A DNA stretch of 49,376 bases from a virus (lineage: Duplodnaviria; Caudoviricetes), in IMG/VR virus record IMGVR_UViG_3300030606_000010, positions 1 to 49,376 of that record. One strand, given 5' to 3'. This document shows, one piece after another, positions 8,876 to 17,746 of this stretch; the first letter of the stretch is position 1; each line of letters opens with the position of its first letter. The translations under genes and the position numbers were made by a program. The notes beneath the pieces were generated by a model. That model saw only the letters and a program-made list of their open reading frames with translations, was not told where the DNA came from and searched no databases.

Positions 8876-11033
8876 TGCCACCCCCCTGAACGGCCCCCTG
8901 CGAGGCCTGAACTTCCATCTGGAGTCGCTCCATGATACCCCGCATGGCAAGAAGCAGGGCCTCGGCATCGCGGAACTTGCCGCGACTGACCGCCTCGAGA
9001 AGCGCTGACATCGTCTGCTGCTCGAACCCGGCCTGCGTGCCGGCGGCCTGCTGGGACTGCAAGAGTGCCTGGGTCTGCTGAATGTGCTCCACCCAGGTCT
9101 TGCGCATCTCGGTCGGCAACCGCTTGTACCCCTCTGTCTTTGTGACCCGAACGTGGTCCTCGATATGGACAGAAAGATCCTCGAGCGGCGAGACCTCCGG
9201 GGGCGTCCCCTCGGTCAGGAACCGCTGCCACTCCATGACGGCATTCTCGTGATCGAGCATCTGCGGCGGCGTGAGATCACCTGGCGTCGGATAGCGCAGC
9301 TGGTCCCTCAACCACTGAAGCTTCTGCGGGTCCTGCATGGCATCAGCATAGAGGCCAACCTGGATGCCCTGCATCAACTCCTGCCTGAGTTGGGTCTTCG
9401 ACTGGACGAGCGCCGAGTCGGCCTGGACCAAGATCTCGTACCTCAGGGGTATCTGCTGGGCGCCGGCCATGAACCCCTCGACGCGCGCCGTTGGACCAGC
9501 CATGGCGAAGAGCCTCCCCTCAGGGTAGAAGCGCCTCACGGTCTCGAGCGCCTTGTAGCCGAAGTCGATCCAGGCATCCGACGAGAGCGCCAGCTGCGGC
9601 TGGCGCGTCTGGTTCTCGGCCTGCTGAAGAAACTCGAGCGCCTGGTTGGCCAAGGGGCTCTTGCCTGGCAGCTCACCACGCGCCGGCCCGAACTGGTTCG
9701 CGATGCGGTCCATATCTGCCAAGCTCTCGGAGAGATCCGCCACGAGCGCCTGCGACAAGGATGGCGGCGAGATCCACTTCGGCTCGGTAACGCCCCTCAG
9801 GCGACGAGGCCCGCTCGTCAGCGCATCCTGTGGAATGCCTGACCCGTGCGGATCCCAGATCCACGGAAGAGCCGTGAGGTCCCTGTTCTGGCTTAAGCGA
9901 AGCCGGTCCTTGTTGTACATCTTCTGAGCCGGCCAGACCTCGGTCATGACGGAGTGGGACCAGAAGCGATTGTGCATCGGGAGCTGAGGAAGATGGACGT
10001 ACTGATAGCCGGCCCGATGTGGGAGCGGCTGCGGCGTCACGCTCACGATCTCATCGTTGACCACCTTGATGACGATGCCCTCTTCGTACCCTTCCTGCAA
10101 CTTCGCCAGCTCGTGATACTCGTAAACGAAGGCCTCATCCTTGGCCCTCGTGTCCACGTAGTAGTTCTCGAGCTTGGCCCCGATGGCTCGACTGAAGTCC
10201 GAAGCCAGCTCGTATGCAGGGTCGCTCGCCGTCGTGTCCGGCTTGGCCTCGTACCTGTACCTGGCCCAGATCTGAGCAAGTGATATTGGCGCCTTCTCGA
10301 TGACCCAATCGCAATCATTCATGAGCGGCGTCTTCGTACCGGGTGGCACATGTATATGGAAGGGCGACGGCGCGTAAATCTCGAGGTCCCCCTCGATGCC
10401 GTAACTCACGTTGGCGGCCAGCTGACCAGTCTCGGGATCGATGACAGGCTGTCCAAGCCCATCAACGATCGGCATCTCCTTCTTCATCACCTGGCCGCCC
10501 ATGGGGTTGAAGCACAACTTCAGGAACCCGTCCGACATGATCACCATGTCGAGGATCGCGAAGAGCCTGCGGACGAAGACCTTGTGCTCATGGTAGATGG
10601 CCCGCAGGATCTTCTCGGCGGTCCGAGCCTTGATCACATCCTCCGAGTCACCGGAAGCCGGGACCACGGCCCAATCTGGGCTCGCGCCGAGAAACGACGA
10701 AGCTAGAGCGAAGGCTGACTTGAGCATCAAGTTGGACGTGTGCTTCTCGTCCTCACCCAGAGCTATCGGATGCCAGCGCCCATCGGCATCCCGCTCGATG
10801 TGCTGGAGACCGTACACGGCCAAAATGTTTCGCGCCCACTCCGAGTGCATGTACTGCGTCTTGTAGTTGTGCGAAGCCTCGGCGAGCTGCGTGATGTACT
10901 TGGCGACGCGCTGCTCCCCGATCTTTTTGACCGTCTTGGCAGGGTCGCCCATCTTGCCGCGCACACCGAGGCGCCGCGACCAGGTTGAGAGTGGACTCGA
11001 ATCAATCGGTTCCTTGTCCATCACTCTCTCCAT
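8820..11033 (-). CDS. Portal protein (P22-like)
   Basis: 737 aa between TerL and scaffold; 'VVPASGDSEDVIKARTAEKIL', 'GFLK', 'SPFHIHV.P', 'FWSHS....WPAQK.YN' and C-terminal 'DLSVHIEDH' patterns. Confidence 0.8.
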   Translation of the reverse strand: MERVMDKEPIDSSPLSTWSRRLGVRGKMGDPAKTVKKIGEQRVAKYITQLAEASHNYKTQYMHSEWARNILAVYGLQHIERDADGRWHPIALGEDEKHTSNLMLKSAFALASSFLGASPDWAVVPASGDSEDVIKARTAEKILRAIYHEHKVFVRRLFAILDMVIMSDGFLKLCFNPMGGQVMKKEMPIVDGLGQPVIDPETGQLAANVSYGIEGDLEIYAPSPFHIHVPPGTKTPLMNDCDWVIEKAPISLAQIWARYRYEAKPDTTASDPAYELASDFSRAIGAKLENYYVDTRAKDEAFVYEYHELAKLQEGYEEGIVIKVVNDEIVSVTPQPLPHRAGYQYVHLPQLPMHNRFWSHSVMTEVWPAQKMYNKDRLRLSQNRDLTALPWIWDPHGSGIPQDALTSGPRRLRGVTEPKWISPPSLSQALVADLSESLADMDRIANQFGPARGELPGKSPLANQALEFLQQAENQTRQPQLALSSDAWIDFGYKALETVRRFYPEGRLFAMAGPTARVEGFMAGAQQIPLRYEILVQADSALVQSKTQLRQELMQGIQVGLYADAMQDPQKLQWLRDQLRYPTPGDLTPPQMLDHENAVMEWQRFLTEGTPPEVSPLEDLSVHIEDHVRVTKTEGYKRLPTEMRKTWVEHIQQTQALLQSQQAAGTQAGFEQQTMSALLEAVSRGKFRDAEALLLAMRGIMERLQMEVQASQGAVQGGGNGRGGTPTDDSGGAGPTS

Positions 11034-11256
11034 GCATCACCGCCTCACGCGCCAGCTCAAGCCTGCGCCTCTTCTCGAGCTCGTACTGACTGAGTAAGTC
11101 GGACTCCTCGTCCGACTGGATGACACGCCCAGCCCTGAGCGACCTGATGGCGATATCTTTCACCTCGAGCATCGCTATCGAAGCTGTCCTGGCCATGAAC
11201 GCCACGGCAATAACGGCCACGACTACCGCGGGAATGACGATCATCAGCTCGGCCAC
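11002..11256 (-). CDS. Small membrane protein upstream of portal
   Basis: N-terminal hydrophobic helix LMIVIPAVVVAVIAVAFMA followed by a charged tail. Confidence 0.6.
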   Translation of the reverse strand: MAELMIVIPAVVVAVIAVAFMARTASIAMLEVKDIAIRSLRAGRVIQSDEESDLLSQYELEKRRRLELAREAVMHGESDGQGTD

Positions 11257-11906
11257 ATCGTCACCATGTCAGCCGGAGACTGCTTCAGCTCGAGCACGTA
11301 AGCGTAATGATCCGTCTGTATGGGAACTCCATTCGCGGTCTGTTCGGAAGACACCTGCGCGACCATCAACTGAATCCGCTCGAGCCCGGGCCTGAACCCA
11401 AGGATGGCAATATCACCGAGATAGAAGATCTGCATCATGTCGGGAAACGCTACAGCCCCAAGCTCACCTGCATCAAGGGCCACCTCGTCCACGAGCTCGT
11501 CGAGATACAGTATCGTCCTGTTAGGAGCGCCGTTACCAGGCACAACGTCACCGTCGGCCTGAAGCTCAATCTGGGGCCTCGTAAGCCACACGCAGAATCT
11601 CCTGTTGCTATCATCCCAGACAAGACCCGTATCGTACCCCTCCCAGCGGAACCTATCGAACATCAGCACAAGAAGACACATCGAGCCGACATCCAGCCCG
11701 TCGAGGTCGGCCTTGCGCCAGTGGACCTGAGGATCCTGGACGGGGCTGTCCTTCGCCGCAAGCGTTAAAGGCCCTATCGCCCTGATGCCCGAGTGAAGCC
11801 CAACAACCCTCCTGTACCGCAGGTACCTCGTTGGCTCAACCACACCGTCAGCGCCAGGACCCTCCGGCACGACCTCGAGCTCCAATCGAATAGTCGCCGT
11901 ATTCAT
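11244..11906 (-). CDS. Hypothetical beta-rich protein
   Basis: ATGA-coupled to the upstream gene; weak N-terminal similarity to 11903-13060. Confidence 0.65.
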   Translation of the reverse strand: MNTATIRLELEVVPEGPGADGVVEPTRYLRYRRVVGLHSGIRAIGPLTLAAKDSPVQDPQVHWRKADLDGLDVGSMCLLVLMFDRFRWEGYDTGLVWDDSNRRFCVWLTRPQIELQADGDVVPGNGAPNRTILYLDELVDEVALDAGELGAVAFPDMMQIFYLGDIAILGFRPGLERIQLMVAQVSSEQTANGVPIQTDHYAYVLELKQSPADMVTMWPS

Positions 11907-13060
11907 ACGATCCCAAAGAAGTACTGCACGCGAGCAGTGTGGCCGGGTGGTGCGCTCAGAACCAGCGTAGCGCCAGTTCGCTCGTAGTAATCCCTATCGT
12001 AGCAATCGTTGATGTCAACAAGGCCGCCGAAGAGAATAGTTTCAACGGCTATCGTGTCCAGCCTTCTCATAACCTGCGCCTCGGACATAAGGAAGACCGG
12101 AGAGAAGTAGAACTCACTGTCCGCATCGATGATGTTCGGATTGCTGAACTCGCACGCGGTGATGCGCGTCCAGTCGATGTCTATATCAGCTGGCGCGGTC
12201 CCCTCCCTGAAGGCCTCCATGTCCTGCTTTCTGACCTGAAAGAGGCGCCAGCGATCTTCGTCGTCCGCATGAGGATTCATGATGTATCTGCGCCCAGCGG
12301 CACCAGCGATATTGACCTCACCGGCACGCATATCCTCAAGCCACCCCAGATCATCCGTCGTCCCGGCTGCCACTGCCACATCGTTGGGATTCGTCAACGA
12401 ATCAAACGGATAACTCAGCAACGTGAACCACACACCCGAAGCTGGGTTCCTGTCGCGCACCCAGAAGCACATGACGAGCGAGTCGTCTACCGAGCCAAGG
12501 TTCTGCGGATTGTCACGACCCCAGATGAGCCTCGAGACCCCGATGTTACCCATCCCTGAGCGAAACGGAATGTGGCCCGTGTAACCACCGTGCTTGACGA
12601 TCTGGTCGGTAACGCGCTGGAACCTGTAACGTCCGGCGGTCCCAGAGCCGGTGTAGTGACGGAACCTCGGCGTCTCGTCGTCAAAGACGGGCGCCAACTC
12701 CGTGGCCGTCTCGAAGGGCTCAGCCGAAAAGTCAAAGAGCATCCTTGGGGTGCTCAAGGCGCCGGCAGCCGGCGCCTGCTGGCCGATGCTGTAGTAGACC
12801 CCCGGCGTATCCGTCGTGAGCACCAGAAGCGACCGCGAGATCTTGTTCTTGTAGGTCTCGCTGACGTCCGGATAGTCCTTCAGCGGATGGGGAATTTGAA
12901 ACTGCCTGTAGAGCTCGCCCGGCTGAAGCTCGACAGTGCCTGGACCAATGAGATGCTGAATGCCGGGGTAGACCTTGTTGACCTCCGGCATAAGGGGGTT
13001 GCCCGACTGGTCCACGACGGACAGCCTCAGCCGGGCCTTCCAGGTCTGGTTGAGCGGCAT
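11903..13060 (-). CDS. Hypothetical protein with possible carbohydrate-binding jelly-roll domain
   Basis: GAGGTGA RBS. Central 'LVMCFWVR...WRLFQV...DIDWTRIT..EF...EFYFSPVFL' resembles galactose-binding-like domains. Confidence 0.6.
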   Translation of the reverse strand: MPLNQTWKARLRLSVVDQSGNPLMPEVNKVYPGIQHLIGPGTVELQPGELYRQFQIPHPLKDYPDVSETYKNKISRSLLVLTTDTPGVYYSIGQQAPAAGALSTPRMLFDFSAEPFETATELAPVFDDETPRFRHYTGSGTAGRYRFQRVTDQIVKHGGYTGHIPFRSGMGNIGVSRLIWGRDNPQNLGSVDDSLVMCFWVRDRNPASGVWFTLLSYPFDSLTNPNDVAVAAGTTDDLGWLEDMRAGEVNIAGAAGRRYIMNPHADDEDRWRLFQVRKQDMEAFREGTAPADIDIDWTRITACEFSNPNIIDADSEFYFSPVFLMSEAQVMRRLDTIAVETILFGGLVDINDCYDRDYYERTGATLVLSAPPGHTARVQYFFGIV

Positions 13061-13061
13061 C

Positions 13062-15017
13062 TCACCTCAGCGGGTAGTAGCGCTCCTGCCATGAGGCTGG
13101 CTTACCCGAAGAGGATTTGAACACGCGCCGGCCTTCCTCGTCAACTTGCCGGCGTGGCCTCGACGGAGCTTCCGGAGCGCGCATGATGGTCCGGAGGAAC
13201 GCGCACAGGTACTGAAAGGCGTCAGCCGAGTGGTCCTCGTCCTTCGAGCGGGCCTCGTCGAGCTGCTTCTGCCCAGGCTCGACCTCCGGCAGCCTGAGCG
13301 TCCTGAGCTGCTGGCGAAGCTGGTGAAGCGAGTAGTCTATGAGAACCCCGGGCTGAAGCTCGATGGGTTTGCCGCACTGGATGCAGCGGTCCACACCGAT
13401 GCTGACGACACGACACCCCTCACAGCACCCGTTGTCGTCGAGGAGAGTTGCCGCCGAGTTCAGCCCGAGCTTGCGCCTGTTGAGTCCCTGGCCATGGTCA
13501 ACGCCACCCGCCGAGAACGTCGTGATGTGCGGCCATGCCGGAGGCTCGGCGTACTCGGCTGCGTAACCTGCGCCCGTTGGATCGCCGATCGTGTACTTGA
13601 TTCTCTCAAAGGTAGCCTCGTCCGACAGCTCTTTCCCGCCGGGAATGACGGTCTTCAGGTAGGCCGAAACCTGCGCCTTGTGCCACTGGACGATACGCTC
13701 CGACTGGTAGTGATTCGCCCAGAGCCTCAGCCAGTGGCCGTTCCAAGAACCGAGCAGGATAGAAGTTGGGTTCTTGAAGCCGTAGTCAACCGAACCGACG
13801 AGCTCCCATGCCGACCCCCACTCCGGCTCGACCGAACGGACGTGCCGGTCTTCACTGTAGGTGGGGAATCGCCTCTCCCCGAAGTCCGCTTCAGGGTTGA
13901 TGTCCATCTCAACCTGAACCTCAGGGCTCGTCGGCGAGAGATTCAGCCTTGAGCAAAGCCTCGAGAGGTAGGTCTCGTTGTCGCGCTCCGGAGTCGAGCG
14001 GTAGTGAATACGGAAGACGTCCCTATCGCCCTGCATCCAGTAATGCAGCCCGCGACAGATCCGGAGGATCATGCCTTCTTGGCCTTCTCCTTGAGCTTGG
14101 CCTCGCGTCGCTTGGCCGACAACTCCAAGCTCTTCTGCCGGATCTCCGCTCTCGCCTTGCGCATGGCTTCCTGCTTCACCCGGTCTACCTCCCCGCCACG
14201 ATTGCCGCGCTTGTTGAATCCGCAGGAACACTCGTAACGCCTCGTCTCCCGTGAAAACTTGAGGCACTTCTGGCGGCACTTCGGACAGTAAAAGCTCGGG
14301 ACCGTCGAATCGCTTGAGTCGCTCAACCCCACACCTCTCTGTGTACCCGGCGTTTTCGTTGATCGTGCCAGAACAAATGAGCCGCCTCGTTGCCGGACCG
14401 ATGTTCTGGAGTAGCTTCCTCCAGCTGCGTTGCGTACCAGCCTCGTCGATCCAAACGAAGCTCGCCCCGAACTGCCTGAAGATGCCACCCTGCGGAAGCG
14501 CCTGAATGGAACTATTGTGGGCCTTACCCATGAAGGTGTGGATGACGATCCTGTCCGGATTCGACTGCCTCTCCACATCCCACAGGCGCCGTATGTCTGG
14601 TACGTCCTCCGCGTCGTCGATACGATCCACCATGTAGGCTATCCGGTCCAGGATTTCCGAGGACTTCATCTCGTTTTCCGACAGGACAAAACCTCTCGTG
14701 TCCGGGAAGAAGAGCGCTTCTTTCCCGGCCATGGCCGCAATGTCCCACGTCACGCGCGTGCGACGACTCTTTGGATAGTCAGCGTTGCCGTCGAGCGCCC
14801 AGCCGCAGCTTACCGCGACTTCCGTTGCGCCGTTCGGCAGGAGCATCGGCGTGCGCTTCTCAGGCGGAAGCTCCGGATCGTAGCTGCGGCAGCGCTCCGA
14901 GAGCCAAAGGAAGTTGGCCTTCGCGTCGTTGCGCATGTAGCGCTCGACAGCCCGCCGCGTCTCGAGGCTTTGTAGGAGCTCAAGGATCTCTTGGAGCTTG
15001 AGCGATACCTCAGGCAT
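13062..15017 (-). CDS. terL: Terminase large subunit, interrupted by an overlapping gene
   Basis: Walker A-like PKSRRTRVTW, Walker B FVWIDEAG, coupling motif ICSGT, nuclease motifs VDYGFKNPT, IGDPTG and DHSADAFQY. Confidence 0.85.
   Translation of the reverse strand: MPEVSLKLQEILELLQSLETRRAVERYMRNDAKANFLWLSERCRSYDPELPPEKRTPMLLPNGATEVAVSCGWALDGNADYPKSRRTRVTWDIAAMAGKEALFFPDTRGFVLSENEMKSSEILDRIAYMVDRIDDAEDVPDIRRLWDVERQSNPDRIVIHTFMGKAHNSSIQALPQGGIFRQFGASFVWIDEAGTQRSWRKLLQNIGPATRRLICSGTINENAGYTERCGVERLKRFDGPELLLSEVPPEVPQVFTGDEALRVFLRIQQARQSWRGGRPGEAGSHAQGESGDPAEELGVVGQATRGQAQGEGQEGMILRICRGLHYWMQGDRDVFRIHYRSTPERDNETYLSRLCSRLNLSPTSPEVQVEMDINPEADFGERRFPTYSEDRHVRSVEPEWGSAWELVGSVDYGFKNPTSILLGSWNGHWLRLWANHYQSERIVQWHKAQVSAYLKTVIPGGKELSDEATFERIKYTIGDPTGAGYAAEYAEPPAWPHITTFSAGGVDHGQGLNRRKLGLNSAATLLDDNGCCEGCRVVSIGVDRCIQCGKPIELQPGVLIDYSLHQLRQQLRTLRLPEVEPGQKQLDEARSKDEDHSADAFQYLCAFLRTIMRAPEAPSRPRRQVDEEGRRVFKSSSGKPASWQERYYPLR
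14069..14326 (-). CDS. Nested zinc-finger protein (85 aa) in the +1 frame within terL
   Basis: GAGGTG RBS then TTG at 14326; CPKC...CSCG followed by a basic helix; codons end mostly in G/C; its TGA overlaps an in-frame terL ATG at 14072. Confidence 0.7.
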   Translation of the reverse strand: MSDSSDSTVPSFYCPKCRQKCLKFSRETRRYECSCGFNKRGNRGGEVDRVKQEAMRKARAEIRQKSLELSAKRREAKLKEKAKKA

Positions 15018-15402
15018 CGCCGGCCTTCACGACGTCCAGGATCTGCGGCGCCTCCGAGATGAGGAGCTCCCTATCCTCCGGCTCGAGCCGCTTGAACTTC
15101 CTGGCGATCTCTGCAACGAGCTCCCGGTTCGACACATGGACGCTGAGCCTCGTCTGCTCGGTCTTGACCTGCTTCGTGACGGGCACGCCACCACGATCGA
15201 GTATCTGGGCTGCGATGGCCCTGAGCTCACGAGCGAGCTTCACCCTGTCGTTGACCGTGAGCCGCCTCTCATCGCCCTCGAACTGACCAGCCCTGAAGGC
15301 CTCGGCGAAGCTCTCGAGAATCTCGCCAAGGGTGTCGGTTGCGTTTGGAAGTAAGAGCTCAAGGCGCGCCCTCGCTGCCTGAGGGCTGAGCTTTACTGCC
15401 AC
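15010..15402 (-). CDS. Putative terminase small subunit
   Basis: AGGGAG RBS and GTG at 15402; helical 130-aa protein overlapping the terL start. Confidence 0.5.
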   Translation of the reverse strand: MAVKLSPQAARARLELLLPNATDTLGEILESFAEAFRAGQFEGDERRLTVNDRVKLARELRAIAAQILDRGGVPVTKQVKTEQTRLSVHVSNRELVAEIARKFKRLEPEDRELLISEAPQILDVVKAGDA

Positions 15403-15772
15403 GCCAGTACTCCCTGGCCCGCTTGTCTGACCGGCCCGGACATGGCTGCATCGTACCATGCTCGTGCCTCGGCTGGCCGTCCACAACGCTCGTGCCGCCT
15501 TCTTCCAGGTGGATCCAGCCTGGCGTCTTCTCGCATCGAATGCAGGAGTGCCTCTTGGCCTGAATGTTACTGAACCTCAGAAGCTGCGCCGGCACAGGGA
15601 AGCGCTCACCGTCCTCGATCCAGCGCGTCACCGCCAACCTGAAGGTCTCGTCGTCCATCCTGCCGGAAAGCGCGAAGTAGAAGGCTTCGGTAACTTTCTC
15701 CGTGAGCTTACGCCCGAAGGCTGCCGCCAGGCGAACTATGCCGTCCTGGAAGCAGGCATCGCTAAGCTTCAT
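15359..15772 (-). CDS. Putative helicase loader/inhibitor-like protein with Zn ribbon
   Basis: Directly after the initiator; 'F..AV..W......FP.PAQL' motif (SPP1 G39P-like N-domain) then CxxC..GW...PC. Confidence 0.55.
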   Translation of the reverse strand: MKLSDACFQDGIVRLAAAFGRKLTEKVTEAFYFALSGRMDDETFRLAVTRWIEDGERFPVPAQLLRFSNIQAKRHSCIRCEKTPGWIHLEEGGTSVVDGQPRHEHGTMQPCPGRSDKRAREYWRGSKAQPSGSEGAP

Positions 15773-16637
15773 GTGACCTCCCGGCCATCCACCTGGCCAT
15801 CACAGCCTCGTTTTCGTCGATGACGCCCTCCACCTCATCCTCCCAACGCTGGCCGTTGAGCCAGGTTGACGGATGGGGAACGACCGAGCGGCCGTCGGAC
15901 GACGACTTGCCCCGCTCGAGCTGAGCGCCGGCAACGGACTGCGCCCTGACAGCAGCGAGAATGACTCCCTGGAGCTCGCGGTCCGGCCTGAGCTTCAGCC
16001 AAGCCTTGCGAGCCTGGCCCTTGCCAACCTTGCGCGGGTAGGCCTCCCAGAAGCTCTCGAAGCCGTTCGAGTTTCGTTCGTGCTTCCCGGGAGGGGGGCC
16101 GCCGGAATTGGGGGTGGCTCCGGATTCGGTCCCGGCTTTGCCGGGCCCGAAGGAGGCATCGAAGGTGAGGTTCCCGGCGGCTTGAGGCTCCGAAGGGGCG
16201 CTTGCAGCCTGCCCTCCCCCCGAGGGGGGATGTCGATGTGCCGTCTTCGGCACAGCGACAGGGGGGTCTTCTTCTCCTGGTGGATTCTTTCTTACTGGAT
16301 CCTCGGGTGGCAACTGGTTGCCAGGGGGGGGTGGCAACTGGTTGCCAGGGGGGGTGGCAACGCTCTGGGCTTCCAGGGCCAGCCTGTAGCCGTTCGAGCT
16401 TTGCGCGCCATTCTGGCGCTGGCGCGCCTCGATGGTCAGGTGCCCCAGGGCTTCCAGGTCGCGCAGGACGTACCTTAGGGCACGATCCTTGATGCCAACG
16501 TCGAGCGCTATCAGCCGATGGCTGGGCCAGCAGTAGCCGTCGTCGTCGGCCGAGTCAGCCAGACGCAGGAGCACCAGCTTCTGGGTGGTGGTCAGGCCCT
16601 GGGCTTGCCAGGCGGCTGCGGTGTAACGCCACGCCAT
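15762..16637 (-). CDS. Phage replication initiator (N-terminal winged HTH)
   Basis: KLVLLRLADSADDDGYCWPS HTH_36-like N-terminus; C-terminal FESFWEAYPRKVGK..A.KAW...PHPSTWLNGQRWEDE; AAGGAGG RBS. Confidence 0.85.
   Translation of the reverse strand: MAWRYTAAAWQAQGLTTTQKLVLLRLADSADDDGYCWPSHRLIALDVGIKDRALRYVLRDLEALGHLTIEARQRQNGAQSSNGYRLALEAQSVATPPGNQLPPPPGNQLPPEDPVRKNPPGEEDPPVAVPKTAHRHPPSGGGQAASAPSEPQAAGNLTFDASFGPGKAGTESGATPNSGGPPPGKHERNSNGFESFWEAYPRKVGKGQARKAWLKLRPDRELQGVILAAVRAQSVAGAQLERGKSSSDGRSVVPHPSTWLNGQRWEDEVEGVIDENEAVMARWMAGRSHEA
16305..16361. repeat. Palindromic iterons inside the initiator gene (probable replication origin)
   Basis: TGGCAACTGGTTGCCA at 16308-16323 and 16332-16347, half site TGGCAAC at 16355-16361, separated by G-runs. 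Confidence 0.65.
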
Positions 16638-16704
16638 CGACGCGCCTCCTTGACTTGGGGCACGCCATTGCGGTACGTTTAATCGGCAATAGCGTGCTGA
16701 CTTC

Positions 16705-16738
16705 GCGGCCCGGTCAGGAACCCTTCCTACCGGGCCGC
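16705..16738. promoter_or_regulatory. GC-rich hairpin in the initiator leader
   Basis: GCGGCCCGGTCAGGAA-CCC-TTCCTACCGGGCCGC, long stem with one bulge. Confidence 0.55.
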
Positions 16739-16742
16739 ACCT

Positions 16743-16771
16743 ATTCTAGGCCGCATGTCGTTGCGGTTCAA
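16743..16771 (-). promoter_or_regulatory. Sigma70-type promoter for the initiator gene
   Basis: TTGAAC-N17-TAGAAT on the minus strand, about 100 nt upstream of the ATG. Confidence 0.6.
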
Positions 16772-16986
16772 GCCTGGTAGGAAGGTTCGCAGGAGAGGTC
16801 ATCGAAGGCCGTCTCGTGGCTCATGAGGTAGTCGCAGAAGGATTCGGGGATGTTCTTGTAGCGGCCAGGCCTTCTTGGCAGCTCGATGCCTTCTGGCCGC
16901 ACGAACGGTACCGGCTCACGTTCTGGCCACGAGTTGACCGCGACAATCAGTGCAACCATGACAGCGAGGAGCTTGAGCTCCCTCAC
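16768..16986 (-). CDS. Small protein with N-terminal hydrophobic helix
   Basis: AAGGAG RBS, GTGA overlap; LLAVMVALIVAV segment. Confidence 0.6.
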   Translation of the reverse strand: MRELKLLAVMVALIVAVNSWPEREPVPFVRPEGIELPRRPGRYKNIPESFCDYLMSHETAFDDLSCEPSYQA

Positions 16987-17396
16987 GGTTTCTCCTTCAT
17001 AACCATCCGCGCTCCTCGTTTGACCATGACAGATACAGCCGCAGCCGCGGCCGTATCTGTCTCGCTGGCGGGCTCGGCCAGGGCCTCGCGGATGAGCTTG
17101 AGCGCGTGACAAGCGGTACACGCCTCAGGCCAATGATCGGTCGGCGGATTGTGCTGATGCATTTCGAGCGCGTGGCGGGCTGCCTCGAGCGCGCGGTCCT
17201 TGCGCGCGATGGCCTCGGCCTGCTCTAGCTCCCGCGCGTCACGTTCGGCGCAGCGGCGCTCGGCGCAGCCAGCGATCGCCTCGTCTCGCCAGGCGCGCAG
17301 CTCGGTCAGCTGCTCGGCCTGGCGCTCGATGAGGTCGGTCAGCAGATAAGCCCTGTAGCGTCGCAGGCGCCGCACGAGGTCCGCGTGGTCGTTCAT
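16983..17396 (-). CDS. Hypothetical coiled-coil protein
   Basis: GGAGGA RBS, ATGA overlap; starts MNDHADLVRRLR; C-terminal CTAC. Confidence 0.65.
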   Translation of the reverse strand: MNDHADLVRRLRRYRAYLLTDLIERQAEQLTELRAWRDEAIAGCAERRCAERDARELEQAEAIARKDRALEAARHALEMHQHNPPTDHWPEACTACHALKLIREALAEPASETDTAAAAAVSVMVKRGARMVMKEKP

Positions 17397-17746
17397 GGCA
17401 TGTCCTCCGCTTCCCCTGGTGTCGGCCCAATGGACAGCGTTCCTACGCGCTTCTCTTTCGATCCCAGCAGGAGCTCGAAGCGGCGCTTCCACTCGGCTAC
17501 CTCAGCCTTGAGACTCCTGATGGTCTCCGCGTGTTGTTGGCAGACCGGTTGCGTCTGCAAGCGATCCTCGACAACAGCACGCTCTCCATCGGTCAGTTGC
17601 GCGCCCCAGCCACTGAAACAGAACGCCGGCGCTTCTCCGGTCAGCTGCTCGTACGCTCTCTGTACGGCCATCCGCATCGGTAAATCGCCAGCCGGCACCT
17701 TGGATGGCCCCATTTCGCCGATCTTGCAGGACCAGGATGTCTTCAC
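17393..17746 (-). CDS. Hypothetical protein
   Basis: GAGGAG RBS, GTGA overlap; carries the shared AEVAEWKRRF module. Confidence 0.65.
   Translation of the reverse strand: MKTSWSCKIGEMGPSKVPAGDLPMRMAVQRAYEQLTGEAPAFCFSGWGAQLTDGERAVVEDRLQTQPVCQQHAETIRSLKAEVAEWKRRFELLLGSKEKRVGTLSIGPTPGEAEDMP

Noticed and set aside
14069-14335. Intein in TerL
   Set aside because: A Cys is near the insert start, but there is no His-Asn/Cys-Ser-Thr C-terminal junction or intein blocks. The alternative frame explains the sequence better.
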